Below, one piece after another: positions 34,208 to 45,860 of a DNA stretch of 64,000 nt (position 1 is its first letter; the number at the start of each line of letters is the position of its first letter). Under the pieces are notes generated by a model that ran no database searches, was not told the origin of the DNA, and was given only the letters and a program-made list of their open reading frames with translations. The DNA is from an uncultured Bacteroidaceae bacterium (GTDB taxonomy: Bacteria > Bacteroidota > Bacteroidia > Bacteroidales > SM23-62): assembly GCA_963777115.1 (NCBI GenBank), contig CAVZPP010000008.1, positions 250,142 to 314,141 on the forward strand, read 5' to 3'. A program made the position numbers and the translations under genes.

Positions 34208-35446
34208 ATGAATTATAATATGAAATTGAACAAGAGCATATTAAATATCAATCATTCCGGATCTTTTATAAAAACATTACTGCTTTTCTTGATCATAGTA
34301 TCCATCATCCCATCCTGCCAGCAGCGTCAGGAAACGAGGAATCAGGAGGAAGGAACCACAGAATGGATCAAATTCAATAGCAAGGAAACAGGAAGAGAGG
34401 TATGGCAGATAACAACAGACAGTTCCATTAATATTGCCTGTTATTTCGAAAGGCAGGCATTTACATCGGATGACCGTTACCTGGTGTTTTCTTCCATGCG
34501 CGAGGGAAAATGGAGGCTTTTCAGGGCAAACCTGGAAAACGGCAAGATAATCCCATTGAGTCCTGAGAGCAGGGTTATTGAAGACTACGACTATACCATT
34601 CATCCGGATGGAAAGCAGGCCTGCTATATTGATGGAAACATCCTATACGGAATTAATGTTTCTTCCCTCAAGGAAACAGTATTGTTTGACTTTTCAGGTC
34701 ATTTCACTGGAAGGATAATTTTTTCAGGCTCATTCACATCGGATGGGAAGCATACTCTTGTTTCTGTCCGAAATGAACCTGTCTACCAGCTATATAGAGT
34801 CAACCTGGAATCAGGAGAGGTACTTCTTGTGCATGAGCAAAATGCCGGGGAATTCAGCCACCCCCAGATAAATCCCGCCAATCCGGATATCATTAGCTAT
34901 TGCCCTCTGCCGGATACCCAGAATGACATGAGCCTGCCTATGGAGCAAAGGGCCAGGACATGGAAAATTGATGTCAGCAAGGGAACGGATGAGCCATATC
35001 TGATCTGTCCCTATGGTTTCCGGGCTACACATGAAAGCTGGTCTGCAGATGGAAGCCGTTTATTCTATTTCCGCAAAACACAACCGGGATGGAAACCCGC
35101 AACCATTTGTTCCATCAGTGTGAATGGGGATGATGTTCGGGAACACTATACCAGTGATACAATTCGACTGGGACACGGGATTTCGAGCCAGGATGGAAAA
35201 TGGTTTATTTCAGATTCCCAGGATAAGGGAAGAAATCCCCTGATACTTCTGAACCTGGTAACCGGATCGACAACATTCCTGAACTGGCCGGATGCAAGTG
35301 TTAAACGAGCAGATCATACACATGTACATCCTTTCTTCAGCAATTCAGGAAAATTTGTATGCTATACTTCAGATGTAACAGGTATTCCCCAGGTTTATGT
35401 TGTTCCTGTTGGTGATATTACCTATCAGGCTATCGAGTCAAATTAA
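34208..35446 (+). CDS. oligogalacturonate-lyase-like (PL22/TolB-type) beta-propeller, lipoprotein
   Basis: ETGREVWQIT, YFERQAFTSD, HPQINP, THESW and HVHPFFS. Confidence 0.65.
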   Translation: MNYNMKLNKSILNINHSGSFIKTLLLFLIIVSIIPSCQQRQETRNQEEGTTEWIKFNSKETGREVWQITTDSSINIACYFERQAFTSDDRYLVFSSMREGKWRLFRANLENGKIIPLSPESRVIEDYDYTIHPDGKQACYIDGNILYGINVSSLKETVLFDFSGHFTGRIIFSGSFTSDGKHTLVSVRNEPVYQLYRVNLESGEVLLVHEQNAGEFSHPQINPANPDIISYCPLPDTQNDMSLPMEQRARTWKIDVSKGTDEPYLICPYGFRATHESWSADGSRLFYFRKTQPGWKPATICSISVNGDDVREHYTSDTIRLGHGISSQDGKWFISDSQDKGRNPLILLNLVTGSTTFLNWPDASVKRADHTHVHPFFSNSGKFVCYTSDVTGIPQVYVVPVGDITYQAIESN

Positions 35447-35500
35447 TATCCGTAAACAACTTCCATTTTTACCAGATAAACAATAAAATTTAAGTATCTC

Positions 35501-38200
35501 ATGTTACAGCTAAAAGCCCGCTTAGCGGGAAATATCAAAGTTCATTCAGCTATTCTTCTAATAATTCTGACTACAGGGCAGTCCTTCGCCGAAACTGTTG
35601 AGACCTATGAACTACCTCCGGTCTATCCGGTTAGTTCAGTATATACAGTAAATGTTAATGGGATCGATGTGCCTGTTACCCAGTTCGTGCACAAAGGTGA
35701 AATAAGTTATCATTACGCCCAGTTTTCTTTCTCAGGAACTGTTAATGTTAAGGTTTCAGCAACTGAAAACATCTCATCTCATACTATTCGTCCCTTTAGT
35801 TATGAGATCCATTCAACTGTCAATGGCCAGGAACTTACTTTTTCACTCTCAGAGTCAAGGTATCTGGTGATTGAAATGAACTCTTTTCAGCACCTGGTTC
35901 TGATAGCAGATCCAACAGAAACAAATCCTCCAGAACCTGAAGGGATAGGTGTTACAAATATTATGAATTACGGGGTTGACAATTCCGGAATGGAAGAATC
36001 AACCAGCTACATTCAGGCTGCCATTGACAGTATAAGCTCAAGTGGTGGCGGCACCCTGTATTTCCCTCCGGGCTTGTATAAAGTCAGAACGGTATCGGTG
36101 AAGGATAGTGTAAATATCTATCTTTCAGGCGGTGCAGTAGTCAGGGGAACAGGTATTAAAACAGATTACCCCGAATATGATCCTGGAAAACTGCTAAGAA
36201 TTACATATGTTTTCTTAATTGAAAATGCATCGAACATCAAAATTTATGGACGTGGCACCATCGACGGTTATGGGGTCCAATTGGCCGATAATGTTGACGA
36301 CATTAATGATGCTCCCATGAAAATAAGGGCCATCAGCATTCATAATTCGAGTTATGTAGATGTTGAAGGAATTGTTGCCAGAGAACTAACCTCATGGGCT
36401 CTGCCCTTTTTCCACAGCGATCATGTAAGGGCATCAAGAGTGAAGGTACTTGATTACATTCACCTGAAGACTTCGGATGGGATAAACATGTGTGCCTCCC
36501 AGCATGGAATTGTAGAAGATTGTTTTGTAATGGTTGGGGATGATTCCTATTGCGCGAAGGGCCACGCCGGAGAACCCTGCCATGATATTGTCTTTAGGAA
36601 TTCTGTTGCTTACTCCGCCACCCGGGGAGTCACTTTTGGTATGCAGGCATATGAACAGATGTACGATATCTGGTTTAAAAATATTGATGTGGTTAAAACC
36701 CGTGATGGATTGGACTTAAAGCATAATGATGGATCCGGAAGCTGGAGTAACCTGCATGTTATTGATGTAAGGGTAGATGAGTGCACCGGCCAACCAATAA
36801 AAATGTCCATCGGGGAAGGGGGTTCGATTGATAATGTTGAGATTACACGCTATACCTGCAGGACGCCCGGAAGCGAAAATTCCTATATTTTTGGATTGGA
36901 CAATCATAGAGAAATCTCTAATGTGGTCTTCACTGATACCTATATCAACGGTATGTTGATCCTCAATCCTGCAGACGGGAATATCGATATTAACGGGTAT
37001 ACGGATAATATCACATTTGCAGCAGTCGGGCATAATGCCACCCATGCAGCCGGCAGAATGGAAGCAGAGGACATGCTTCTTTCGAATTATGACATTGAGG
37101 GCATTCCCGGAGCATCCAATGAAAAAGGTGTTGCATGTTCCGCTGACTCAGGATCAGTTGCCTATGTTTACACCGGTATCAGTGGGATCTATGATATAGC
37201 AGTTCAGTACTGGGATGAGAATGACGGTAATAGTTCTTACAGGATTTTTGTAGCTGATTCCATGGTCGCTGCCTGGACAGCCAGTGCAGATTCAGGATCT
37301 GCCGAGGCGAACGCCCAGACTTTGTCAACCTATGTTATAGAAAATATCAGCTTAGAACCTGTCCAGGAAATAAAGATTCGGGGGATCATCAACGGGAATG
37401 AACCTGCGAGAATTGATTTTGTAGAAATCACCCGGGTACCGGAATCTACACCTGTCGGAAATGAAATCTACCTGGAAGCTGAATCAGGTGTGGTGGGTAG
37501 CGGATGGACCGTGGTTGAAGATGCATCTGCCTCAGGGGGGATGTATATTTCTTATCTGGGTTCGGGGACAGACAATAATGATACCCCACCGGATCATCCT
37601 GAAGAAATATCTACATATACATTCAAGGCAGAAGCAGGCATCTTCAGGCTATGGATTCGTATGAGGCATCCCCTCGGTGGTAAGGATGATTCAATATGGA
37701 TCAGGATGAATGGGGGAAACTGGATACAATGGAACTCAATTGCTAATGATTTACCCGACGATCATTTTCTCTGGGCTAGCTATTCTTCTGAGTTTGTTTT
37801 AAAATCCGGAGATAATACACTTGAAATAGGATTTCGTGAAAATGATACTCGCCTGGACATGATTTGCCTGTCAGATAACGGTGAAACTCCGGAAATAGAC
37901 ATTGCATCAGGGGATGTACATGCTGCTTCAACCATATCATTTGATTTGCTTCAAAACTACCCGAATCCTTTTAATCAGAATACAATAATCCGTTTCAGAA
38001 TCCCCTCTCCAGAATGGGTAACATTAAAAATATACAATATTTTTGGTCAGCAAGTTGCCATTCTGCTTGATGAACCAAGACCAGCCGGTTTACATGAAGT
38101 AGCATTTCAAACGGACAATAATTTTACACCGGGAGTTTATATCTATTCAATAAAATCGGGAAAATTTGTTTCCTCGAAATTGATGCACTTAATGGAATAA
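35501..38200 (+). CDS. GH28-like beta-helix glycoside hydrolase with CBM-like modules and a T9SS C-terminal sorting domain
   Basis: GGGTLYFPPGLY, IYGRGTIDG, SDGIN and GDDSY. Two EAE-starting beta-sandwich modules (MEAEDM, YLEAESG). C-terminal LQNYPNPFN...PGVYIY CTD. Confidence 0.78.
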   Translation: MLQLKARLAGNIKVHSAILLIILTTGQSFAETVETYELPPVYPVSSVYTVNVNGIDVPVTQFVHKGEISYHYAQFSFSGTVNVKVSATENISSHTIRPFSYEIHSTVNGQELTFSLSESRYLVIEMNSFQHLVLIADPTETNPPEPEGIGVTNIMNYGVDNSGMEESTSYIQAAIDSISSSGGGTLYFPPGLYKVRTVSVKDSVNIYLSGGAVVRGTGIKTDYPEYDPGKLLRITYVFLIENASNIKIYGRGTIDGYGVQLADNVDDINDAPMKIRAISIHNSSYVDVEGIVARELTSWALPFFHSDHVRASRVKVLDYIHLKTSDGINMCASQHGIVEDCFVMVGDDSYCAKGHAGEPCHDIVFRNSVAYSATRGVTFGMQAYEQMYDIWFKNIDVVKTRDGLDLKHNDGSGSWSNLHVIDVRVDECTGQPIKMSIGEGGSIDNVEITRYTCRTPGSENSYIFGLDNHREISNVVFTDTYINGMLILNPADGNIDINGYTDNITFAAVGHNATHAAGRMEAEDMLLSNYDIEGIPGASNEKGVACSADSGSVAYVYTGISGIYDIAVQYWDENDGNSSYRIFVADSMVAAWTASADSGSAEANAQTLSTYVIENISLEPVQEIKIRGIINGNEPARIDFVEITRVPESTPVGNEIYLEAESGVVGSGWTVVEDASASGGMYISYLGSGTDNNDTPPDHPEEISTYTFKAEAGIFRLWIRMRHPLGGKDDSIWIRMNGGNWIQWNSIANDLPDDHFLWASYSSEFVLKSGDNTLEIGFRENDTRLDMICLSDNGETPEIDIASGDVHAASTISFDLLQNYPNPFNQNTIIRFRIPSPEWVTLKIYNIFGQQVAILLDEPRPAGLHEVAFQTDNNFTPGVYIYSIKSGKFVSSKLMHLME

Positions 38201-38252
38201 TAATTGACCGGTTAAAACCAGCTCGCGTATCAACCTGTTAAAAGGGCCTGGC

Positions 38253-39143
38253 TTATTCCCCCGGAATGATATCCCATTGATTGATCCCGTCAACTATCCG
38301 GTTCCTGAATGCAAGGGTATCGGTTGAATTGTATGTAATCCCTCCGTCATCATAGGAGTAATTCAGGTAGAACTGCCTTAAATTCGGGTTATATGTGCTT
38401 CCGCCCAGGTCCGTGATAGGAGTACCTCCGTCAGCTGCTGAAAGTGCCACCGTGTTGTCGGAATTAATGCTGATCATGATCTTATTGGCACCGTTCAGTC
38501 CATCGCCAAGACCATTGGATTCCACTTCTGTTTGTCCCGTGGTGGACAACTCCCATACCTTTTCGCTGTAAACTACAGTTTCAGAACCTCCGGTTGCAAC
38601 ACCGGTATGCTGATAAAATCCTGCAGCGGTACTTATATACTTAAAAGTAATGAGAACAACCTCTCCCCCTTCCAGGATTGAATCTGCCGAGGTATTGTTC
38701 TCCTCCAGCTCAAATCCCAGTGCATAATTGGCATCCAGGGCAAGGGGATCGTTTTTAAACTGATCGTTAAGAGTTACCTTCACCATACCCAGCATTTCTC
38801 CGCTCGGAACAAAAAAGGTGTTCGCATCCTTCCCTTCCAATGAGTTTTCTATTGTGTAATAAGATGCCGGAAGGACGGTATAGCCCAAGCTGGTTACAGT
38901 ATCGCTGTTAAGACGGTAGCCAGCAAATTCCTCAGTATTATTCACCACTTTCCCGCCTAAGACAACTCCTACCTGTATATAATCATATTCGCCGATTATT
39001 ATGCTGCGATCAATCTGGTCTTTCGCAAAATAGATTGCAGTGAAATCATAATCCTTGACGAAGTCTTCGTACTCACAGCCGGTAAAAACGCATCCAGCAA
39101 TTAGTACGATTAATAATCCAGCAATAATATTTTTCATAATCAC
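38253..39143 (-). CDS. DUF1735/BT_3987-type PUL surface lipoprotein
   Basis: Lipobox TGC, DYDFTAIYF, VLPASYY and DPLALDANYAL. It is the last gene after susD. Confidence 0.7.
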   Translation of the reverse strand: MIMKNIIAGLLIVLIAGCVFTGCEYEDFVKDYDFTAIYFAKDQIDRSIIIGEYDYIQVGVVLGGKVVNNTEEFAGYRLNSDTVTSLGYTVLPASYYTIENSLEGKDANTFFVPSGEMLGMVKVTLNDQFKNDPLALDANYALGFELEENNTSADSILEGGEVVLITFKYISTAAGFYQHTGVATGGSETVVYSEKVWELSTTGQTEVESNGLGDGLNGANKIMISINSDNTVALSAADGGTPITDLGGSTYNPNLRQFYLNYSYDDGGITYNSTDTLAFRNRIVDGINQWDIIPGE

Positions 39144-39175
39144 AAATTTTTCAAATTTTCATATTTGTCCACCAC

Positions 39176-40945
39176 TTACCACCCGTAATTCTGTACCAGA
39201 CTTGTTGAGTTTGCAATTTCAGTATAGGGTATCGGACCATAATATGCATTCGATCCGTATCCGCGCTGCTCAACTTCAATCTCACTGTAAGAGTACGATC
39301 CGTCAGCGTTTTGCACAATTTTCACTCCCATAACTGCTTCGTTCAAATCATTTAGCGGAGTATTCCACCTCCTGAGGTCCCAGTACCTGTGTCCCCTGAA
39401 ACATAATTCAATTCTCCTTTCATTTCTTACCAGGTCACGGAATGAACCCCGGTTAAGAGTTCCTCCTGCAATAAGTGCGTCAATGTAATCATTGCTTCCT
39501 CCTCTTGCACGCACTGCCTGCAATGCATCAAGTGCTGAGATATCAATACCAAGCCCGCTGAGGGCCGTTTGGGGATCTGAGCCGGCAACTTCGTTGGCAG
39601 CCTCAGCAAAATTCAGGTAGAGTTCCTCCCTGTCAAAGAATACAGCAAACTTCTGGGAAGTAGTGGTAACACCCGACAATCTATTTGGATCGGACCCAAC
39701 TGCCAGATCTGAGAGGAACCTCTTCATAAAATATCCGGTGCGTGTAGATTCAGTGGATATGACTCCCGGAGCATCCCTTCCTCCGTCAAATGTTTGAACC
39801 GGACCTCTGTAACCGAATATGGAATCTCCGTTATAAGCAATAAAATCGTAGAATCGCTGGTCTCTGCCGGCATAGGGATCGCTGGCATCATACCCGCTTC
39901 CTGGATCATCAATGGGATATCCGTTGGCCATTGGGAAGGCATCTACCAGGTTCTGAGAGGGGTTGCAAGAGCCATTCCCATAAAGACTGGGCGGGAAATG
40001 GTTGCTTTCCAGGGTACTGCCCGTATTATAATCAGTTCTCCAGAAATGATCCGTGCTATTAGTATTGTTGAACTCACCGTAAGCCTCAAGTGTCTGCAGA
40101 CCTCCATCCTCTGAAATTGCCAGGAAGGCAGCCTGTACAGCCTCAGACCATTTGTCATTATTCTGACCGGAATTGAATGCATCACTGGCTGCATAAAGCA
40201 GGACCCTTGCCTTCAGGGCAAGAACCGCTAACTGGGTAGCCCTGCCTCGTTTATTCTCAGCATCGTAGGATGTCCCGGATCCATCGTTTCTCAGGGGTAA
40301 ATTCCCGTAGGCTTCGTCCAGGTCATCAAGAATGGCCTGCAGGCACTCATCATAGCTGCTCCTGGGAAGGCTTGAGTACTGGTCATTCTCATAAACCGTA
40401 CGGACAATGGGATAACCCATCATTTGTGATCCAGCCCCGTCGACCGGACCGCCGTATTGTTTGAGCAATTCAGCCTCTAACCATGCCCTTAGAAAATGTG
40501 CTTCTCCGTAAAACCTGGCCTTTCCAATACTGTCCAGTTCAGGATCGCCACCTGTAAAGGGGGTTTCGAGTCCGTTCTCCAGGTAGATATTGATATGAAG
40601 TATATTCTCATAGATCGATGACCAGTCCCCCAGAGGATAAGCATCAGGATTTCCTCCAGTCATGGCAAAATCAGAATAATACCTGTTCTCGACTGCATTA
40701 TCTGTGTAATAATCGGCTGATATACCCATGTGTTGGACCCAGCTCTGTGAAATATCCTCATAGACCATATTAATTATGCCGTGAGTATATTCAATATTGT
40801 CCCATATCTCATCGTCATCAACCCATCCTAATGGCATTGGGTCAAGTCTTTCGGTGCAGGCAGCAATAAACACCATTCCCATGAAAAGGATAAAGATCCT
40901 GATAGATTTCATCCGGTATTTGTAACCCTTTTTTAAATTCTTCAT
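39176..40945 (-). CDS. susD: SusD/RagB family lipoprotein
   Basis: GEAHFLRAW, ALKARVLLYAAS, YLNFAEAANE, VRNERRIELCFRGHRYWDLRRW and QNYGW end. Confidence 0.93.
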   Translation of the reverse strand: MKNLKKGYKYRMKSIRIFILFMGMVFIAACTERLDPMPLGWVDDDEIWDNIEYTHGIINMVYEDISQSWVQHMGISADYYTDNAVENRYYSDFAMTGGNPDAYPLGDWSSIYENILHINIYLENGLETPFTGGDPELDSIGKARFYGEAHFLRAWLEAELLKQYGGPVDGAGSQMMGYPIVRTVYENDQYSSLPRSSYDECLQAILDDLDEAYGNLPLRNDGSGTSYDAENKRGRATQLAVLALKARVLLYAASDAFNSGQNNDKWSEAVQAAFLAISEDGGLQTLEAYGEFNNTNSTDHFWRTDYNTGSTLESNHFPPSLYGNGSCNPSQNLVDAFPMANGYPIDDPGSGYDASDPYAGRDQRFYDFIAYNGDSIFGYRGPVQTFDGGRDAPGVISTESTRTGYFMKRFLSDLAVGSDPNRLSGVTTTSQKFAVFFDREELYLNFAEAANEVAGSDPQTALSGLGIDISALDALQAVRARGGSNDYIDALIAGGTLNRGSFRDLVRNERRIELCFRGHRYWDLRRWNTPLNDLNEAVMGVKIVQNADGSYSYSEIEVEQRGYGSNAYYGPIPYTEIANSTSLVQNYGW

Positions 40946-40977
40946 TTCGCAGATTTTTAATATTCTTTGGTTACTGT

Positions 40978-43900
40978 TTAAAAACTAAGATTGAGTCCAA
41001 CTGAAAACTCTCTGAAAATCGGGTAGTTAGTATATCCCCCGTGATTCATTTCAGGATCAACGTTTTCGAATGCTGAAACCGAGAACAGGTTCCTTCCTCT
41101 GACAAAAATCCGGGTTCCCATGACTCTCCACCGGGTAGTGACCTTTACGGGAAGACTATATGCCAGCTCTACGGTTTCAAGCCGGAGGTAACTTCCGTTC
41201 AGGAGCCAGTAATCTGAATTCTGGCTGTTGTTCTCGCTTCCCAGAACAGATGAGCGGGGCATGGTATTTCCATTCATCAGGTTAGATTCGTTCAACATTG
41301 TTGGCCTTGAATCGTACTGGGATTGCCGGTAATAATCCCCATTAACCATATTTGCATCAAATCCACTGAATCCGGCCAGATTAGCAAAGAGCCCAAAGCC
41401 CTTGTAACCCAGGCTCAGATTTAAACCATACATGATACGGGGAGAGCTGTTTCCGATAACATCTCTATCCCGGGCGTCAACAACCCCGTCTCCATTTATA
41501 TCATTGTACTTTATATCTCCGGCGAAAACCGGACCAAACTGTTGATTTGAGGAGGCTGCTGTTGCATTGTCTGCGAACAGGCCATCAGCAGTAAGCCCAT
41601 AAATGGCATCTGCAGCATTCCCTTCCCTGAGAAGGTTTTGATCCGGGTAGGCGGGCTCGGCAAGAATCTTATTTGTCGCCTTGAAATATCCCCCGTTAAT
41701 TCCAATTGAATAATAAAAGTAATTCAGTGTCTTGGAATAACGTAATCCCAGGTCCAGTCCTGAACCTGCAAAGCTCTCCAGGTTATCATATGCAGAAAAT
41801 TCCGTCCCACCCGCCATGTCAGGAATGGCATAACGAGCCAGTTCTCCCTTCGTTAGGGTATAGAAATAGTCGAACTGAATGGCAAGAGATTTGTTCACCA
41901 ACAGTGCATCCGCTCCAATATTTACAGTGGTCTTTACAGGCCATTCCAGGTCTGGATTACCGGTCTGCTCCTTGGTGAATGTCGGATTATTCTGGTTATT
42001 GGTAGGATAAGTCCCGAACCGCATATTTGAAGCATTGTCCCAGCGATTCCAGAAAGTATAATAATTATTTATGGTCATATACCCCTGTTGTCCGTAGGAT
42101 CCTCTTATTTTCAGGAGGTCTATGACAGAGGAATTCTTCAGAAAGTCCTCCCTGCTTGCAAACCATGAAACACCTATTGTTGGGAACAGCCTGAAGCGAT
42201 TCTCCTCTAAAAGTTTATTAGTACCCACATAAGCCAGGACGGCTTCTGCTGAATACTTTCCCTTAAAGGAATAGTTGGCCCTGAGATTAAACATCAGTCC
42301 ATTTGTCATTATCTATCCTCCCATCAGGTTCAATTGCATACTGGTATGCCAGAAGGTTGGCATTCAGTGCATGATCATTAAAGCTACGGTCGTAGTTGAG
42401 AATTCCATAAAAATTATAAATCCTCTGTACTGATTCACCTGCGTCAGAAGGATTTAACTGTTTGTTGCCAGCACTCGTCTGGTTAACTATCATGGTGTCT
42501 GCACCCGGCGGACGAGGTTCATAAAGAATTTCATACTCACTCGGGGTATGATCGATTTCCAGGGACATCTGATTCCAGATATCAATGGCGACTTTTGCCT
42601 TAAAGCTCAATCCGGGCGTTATTTTTACCAGGTCAAGATTCAGACCCAGGTTCATATTCATCCTTCTGTCTGTTTGCTCAATATAGCCACCTTCTTTCAT
42701 CTCGAAAAGCATGTTATCCGGCCAGTCCCTCGACGTGATATAGATCGAGTCGCCGAGCATAAGGGGAGTGGCGTTTGGAGGATAAGTAGACAGGATATCG
42801 TACATATTACCCGTGGTTAACTGAGGCTGCCTCTGCTGTTGAAAGCTTCCTACCAGGGAGGCATCAATATTAACATTCTCGCTGACATCCAGGTCAAGGT
42901 TGGTTCTGAAAACCAGGTCCCTGCCTGTTCTCTTCTCAGCCAGTTTCTCCAGCCCATCAAAGCCATTGTATGCAAAATTCGCAAAGTAGCGGCTGTTGGA
43001 GGTTCCCCCGGAAAACTGCCCATTGAATTGCTGTCGGGTGATATTATTCCTGAGAAACTCATCCATATAGTTAACATCCGGATACCTCACCGGGTCAGAA
43101 CCTGTCTGGTATGCTGTAAGTGCATCGTTAGTATAAATGGACTGAAGCCCGTCATTTACCAGCGACTTGTTAATGAGAGTAGCATAATCATAGGAATTCA
43201 TGTAATTCCCCGTGCTGGTGGGCGTACCATACCCGTGCTCATATTCAAATTTCAGCTGCCTTGGACCCGCCTTTCCTCTCTTAGTCTTTATAAGTAATAC
43301 CCCATCGGCACCCACATCGCCGATCATAGCGGTTGAGGCCGCCCCCTTCAGCATAACAACTTCTTCAATTTCCCTCAGGCTGATGTGCAGATCCTGCGGA
43401 AAACCATCGATAAGAACCTCCACCGGTTTTCCAAGATGGGTAACACTGAATCCTTCATATCCGGGCCTGCTTGAATTCTGCTGAATCATTAGTCCGGGAA
43501 TCAGTCCTGTTAAAGCCTCGAGAACCTGTCCACTGGGATGCTTTCTCAACATTTCTCCTGAGACTTTGTAAACACTCCCTACAGACCGATCCATATTGAT
43601 CGATCCAAAAGGGAAATCCACCTTGCTGTTTTCGGAAAAGTAATCTAATCTCTGAAGCATTATTGTATCACTTTCCATACTACCTGCATCTATGTGAATG
43701 GTCACATGTTCGAAACCCTCCACATCAATTCCAATATGATCGACTATACCCGTCTTAATGCTGAATTCACCATTCTCCCCGGTGATTGCAATCTCAGCAG
43801 ATTTTCCTGCCTTCATCAGTATTCCTGAAAGGGGCTGGCCCGAATCATCTATTACATATCCGGATACATCAACCGTAACCAGGTTCTTTTTGGACTGGGC

Positions 43901-43987
43901 CCGGGCACTGACCGGATTAATGCACAGAAGGAATAAAACAAATGGTATTGATAAAATTGTTTTTCTCATGTTCTCAGTTTTTACCAT
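40978..43987 (-). CDS. susC: SusC/RagA TonB-dependent transporter; frameshift near 42310
   Basis: Carboxypeptidase-like N-domain, plug with GADGVLLIKTKRG, barrel with KIRGSYG and GNPDLEW, GDIKYND and C-terminal VGLNLSF. Split into the 42287-43987 and 40978-42309 ORFs. Confidence 0.9.
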
Positions 43988-45849
43988 CCCGGATTTTGAT
44001 CAAATTCATCATTTATAGCTACATCTTCGGGCTTCAGGGGATATAAATAATGTCTTTCTTCAAATGTCTTTACCACATCATATATCTGACCTGATGCAAC
44101 CTTTACCCTGTTAAACATAAATCCGGTTGGATACTGGGCAAGATCATCCGTTCCGATCAGATCCATCATATAGGTGGTTCGCACATCCTCATCCCCGGCA
44201 ATATGCCAGCGGCGAATATCCCACCAGCGGTGACCGTCTTCGAACATAAATTCCACTCCTCTCTCGTTCCTTATTCTTTCAATAAAATCAGTGTGGTTTA
44301 AATAATTGCTGTGCACGTTCGGCATTCCTACCCGGTTTCTGACTTTATTCAGTGCGGATTGAGCAGTATATGCACTGCTAGCAGGATATTTGGCATCAAA
44401 GTTTGAGCGGCCTGAAGCCTCATAGGCTGCTTCTGCGTAATTCAGGTAGGCTTCGGTTACCCTGAACCAAACGGCCGGTACAATGCAGTCCTGCTGACCA
44501 GCTACCTGTCCTTCAGATATCCCTTCAGGCCAGAACTTCCTGGCAACGTAACCGGTGAGGGACTGGGGCCAGTCAGAGCGGTCATAACAACGGTCTTTTG
44601 CCGTTGGATTACCATCTTTATCCAGATTGTAAAGTTGCATTGTATCTCCCGTAGCCCCGTTCGGCCAGTGAACCCCGTTGTAGAGGATGTTATTATAAAA
44701 TCTCGGATCCCGGTTTACATAGGGATTCTGGGGATCAAAGCTAGGATCATCCTCCCAGGATAGCCCGTTCTGGGTTTCGAACCTGTCCACTGCATTCTGG
44801 GTGGGACAGGCGCCCATGCAAGCTTTCGCCCGGGCATAGTCCTTTGGAAAGAAAATTCTTCCAGGAATCGAAGAACCCCAGGAATCATTTTTCTGTTTGT
44901 AAGAGCTGAAAATAATTTCCTCGTTCAGGACATGATTTATAAATATTTCCCTGTAGGATAAAAGCTTTTCAGGGGAGGCGGTAAAATAATCGGCTCCGTC
45001 TACCGATGCAACATCCAATTGAATTGCTTCGGAAGCATCAATCAACTGGTGATAAGAGGCCCCACTTTCAATGTAATCGATACACTCACTGGCTGCAACG
45101 GCCGCTTCTTCCCATTTTGCCAGGTCGTTTTCCTTGTTATAGGTCTGACTGGCTGCATATAATAAGGCACGAGATTTGAGGGCAAGTGCTGCTGCTTTAA
45201 TCGGTCTCCCGGTATTATCGCTGTCCCATTTATGGGGCAATTTCTCAAAAGCCATGTCACAATCTTTGGCAATTTCAACCGCAGTTTCATAATAAGAGAG
45301 ACGATCGAAACCCAGGTATTCCGAAAGGTCCAGGGATTGCCTGAAATAGGGCATACCTCCATAACGGACAAGGATCTGAAAATAGCACTGCGCCCTTACG
45401 TAATAACACTGTCCAAGTAAAAGATCCTGCTGCTCCGGGGTAATATCAGTCGGGGTATTGATCTGCTCAATGGTTACATTGGCAATCCGTATTCCCTGAA
45501 AACCGACCTCAAATGGCAGGGTAAATTCATACCTGCCATTCCCGCTTCCTGCATCAATATAATACCAGTAGTTTCCAACCATACCATTTTCGTATTGCTT
45601 ACGCGGATAGGATGGAATTGCCTCATCACTAAAGACAAGAGCATGCGTATAATGTTTCCCGTCAACATCATTCACATGGAAAAGCATATTATACATATTC
45701 TCTGCATAACGACGCAGTCCAAAATAGTTGGTAAAAACCTCCTCCTCTGTAATAGTCTCCACATCTGGAGACTTATCCAGGAAATCTTCACAGCTAACTA
45801 GACCTGTCAGAATGAAGAATGCTAATACTTTTCTTAAATATGTTTTCAT
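43981..45849 (-). CDS. susD: SusD/RagB family lipoprotein
   Basis: SCEDFLDK, LKSRALLYAAS, NRDPRFY, IRNERGVEFMFEDGHRWWDIRRW and QNPGW end. Confidence 0.93.
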   Translation of the reverse strand: MKTYLRKVLAFFILTGLVSCEDFLDKSPDVETITEEEVFTNYFGLRRYAENMYNMLFHVNDVDGKHYTHALVFSDEAIPSYPRKQYENGMVGNYWYYIDAGSGNGRYEFTLPFEVGFQGIRIANVTIEQINTPTDITPEQQDLLLGQCYYVRAQCYFQILVRYGGMPYFRQSLDLSEYLGFDRLSYYETAVEIAKDCDMAFEKLPHKWDSDNTGRPIKAAALALKSRALLYAASQTYNKENDLAKWEEAAVAASECIDYIESGASYHQLIDASEAIQLDVASVDGADYFTASPEKLLSYREIFINHVLNEEIIFSSYKQKNDSWGSSIPGRIFFPKDYARAKACMGACPTQNAVDRFETQNGLSWEDDPSFDPQNPYVNRDPRFYNNILYNGVHWPNGATGDTMQLYNLDKDGNPTAKDRCYDRSDWPQSLTGYVARKFWPEGISEGQVAGQQDCIVPAVWFRVTEAYLNYAEAAYEASGRSNFDAKYPASSAYTAQSALNKVRNRVGMPNVHSNYLNHTDFIERIRNERGVEFMFEDGHRWWDIRRWHIAGDEDVRTTYMMDLIGTDDLAQYPTGFMFNRVKVASGQIYDVVKTFEERHYLYPLKPEDVAINDEFDQNPGW

Positions 45850-45860
45850 GATTTTAAGTT

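Noticed and set aside
3960..42315. Programmed frameshifting or phase variation as the cause of the split genes
   Set aside because: The sites share no slippery heptamer or long homopolymer/SSR tract, mix +1 and -1 events, and occur up to three times per gene.
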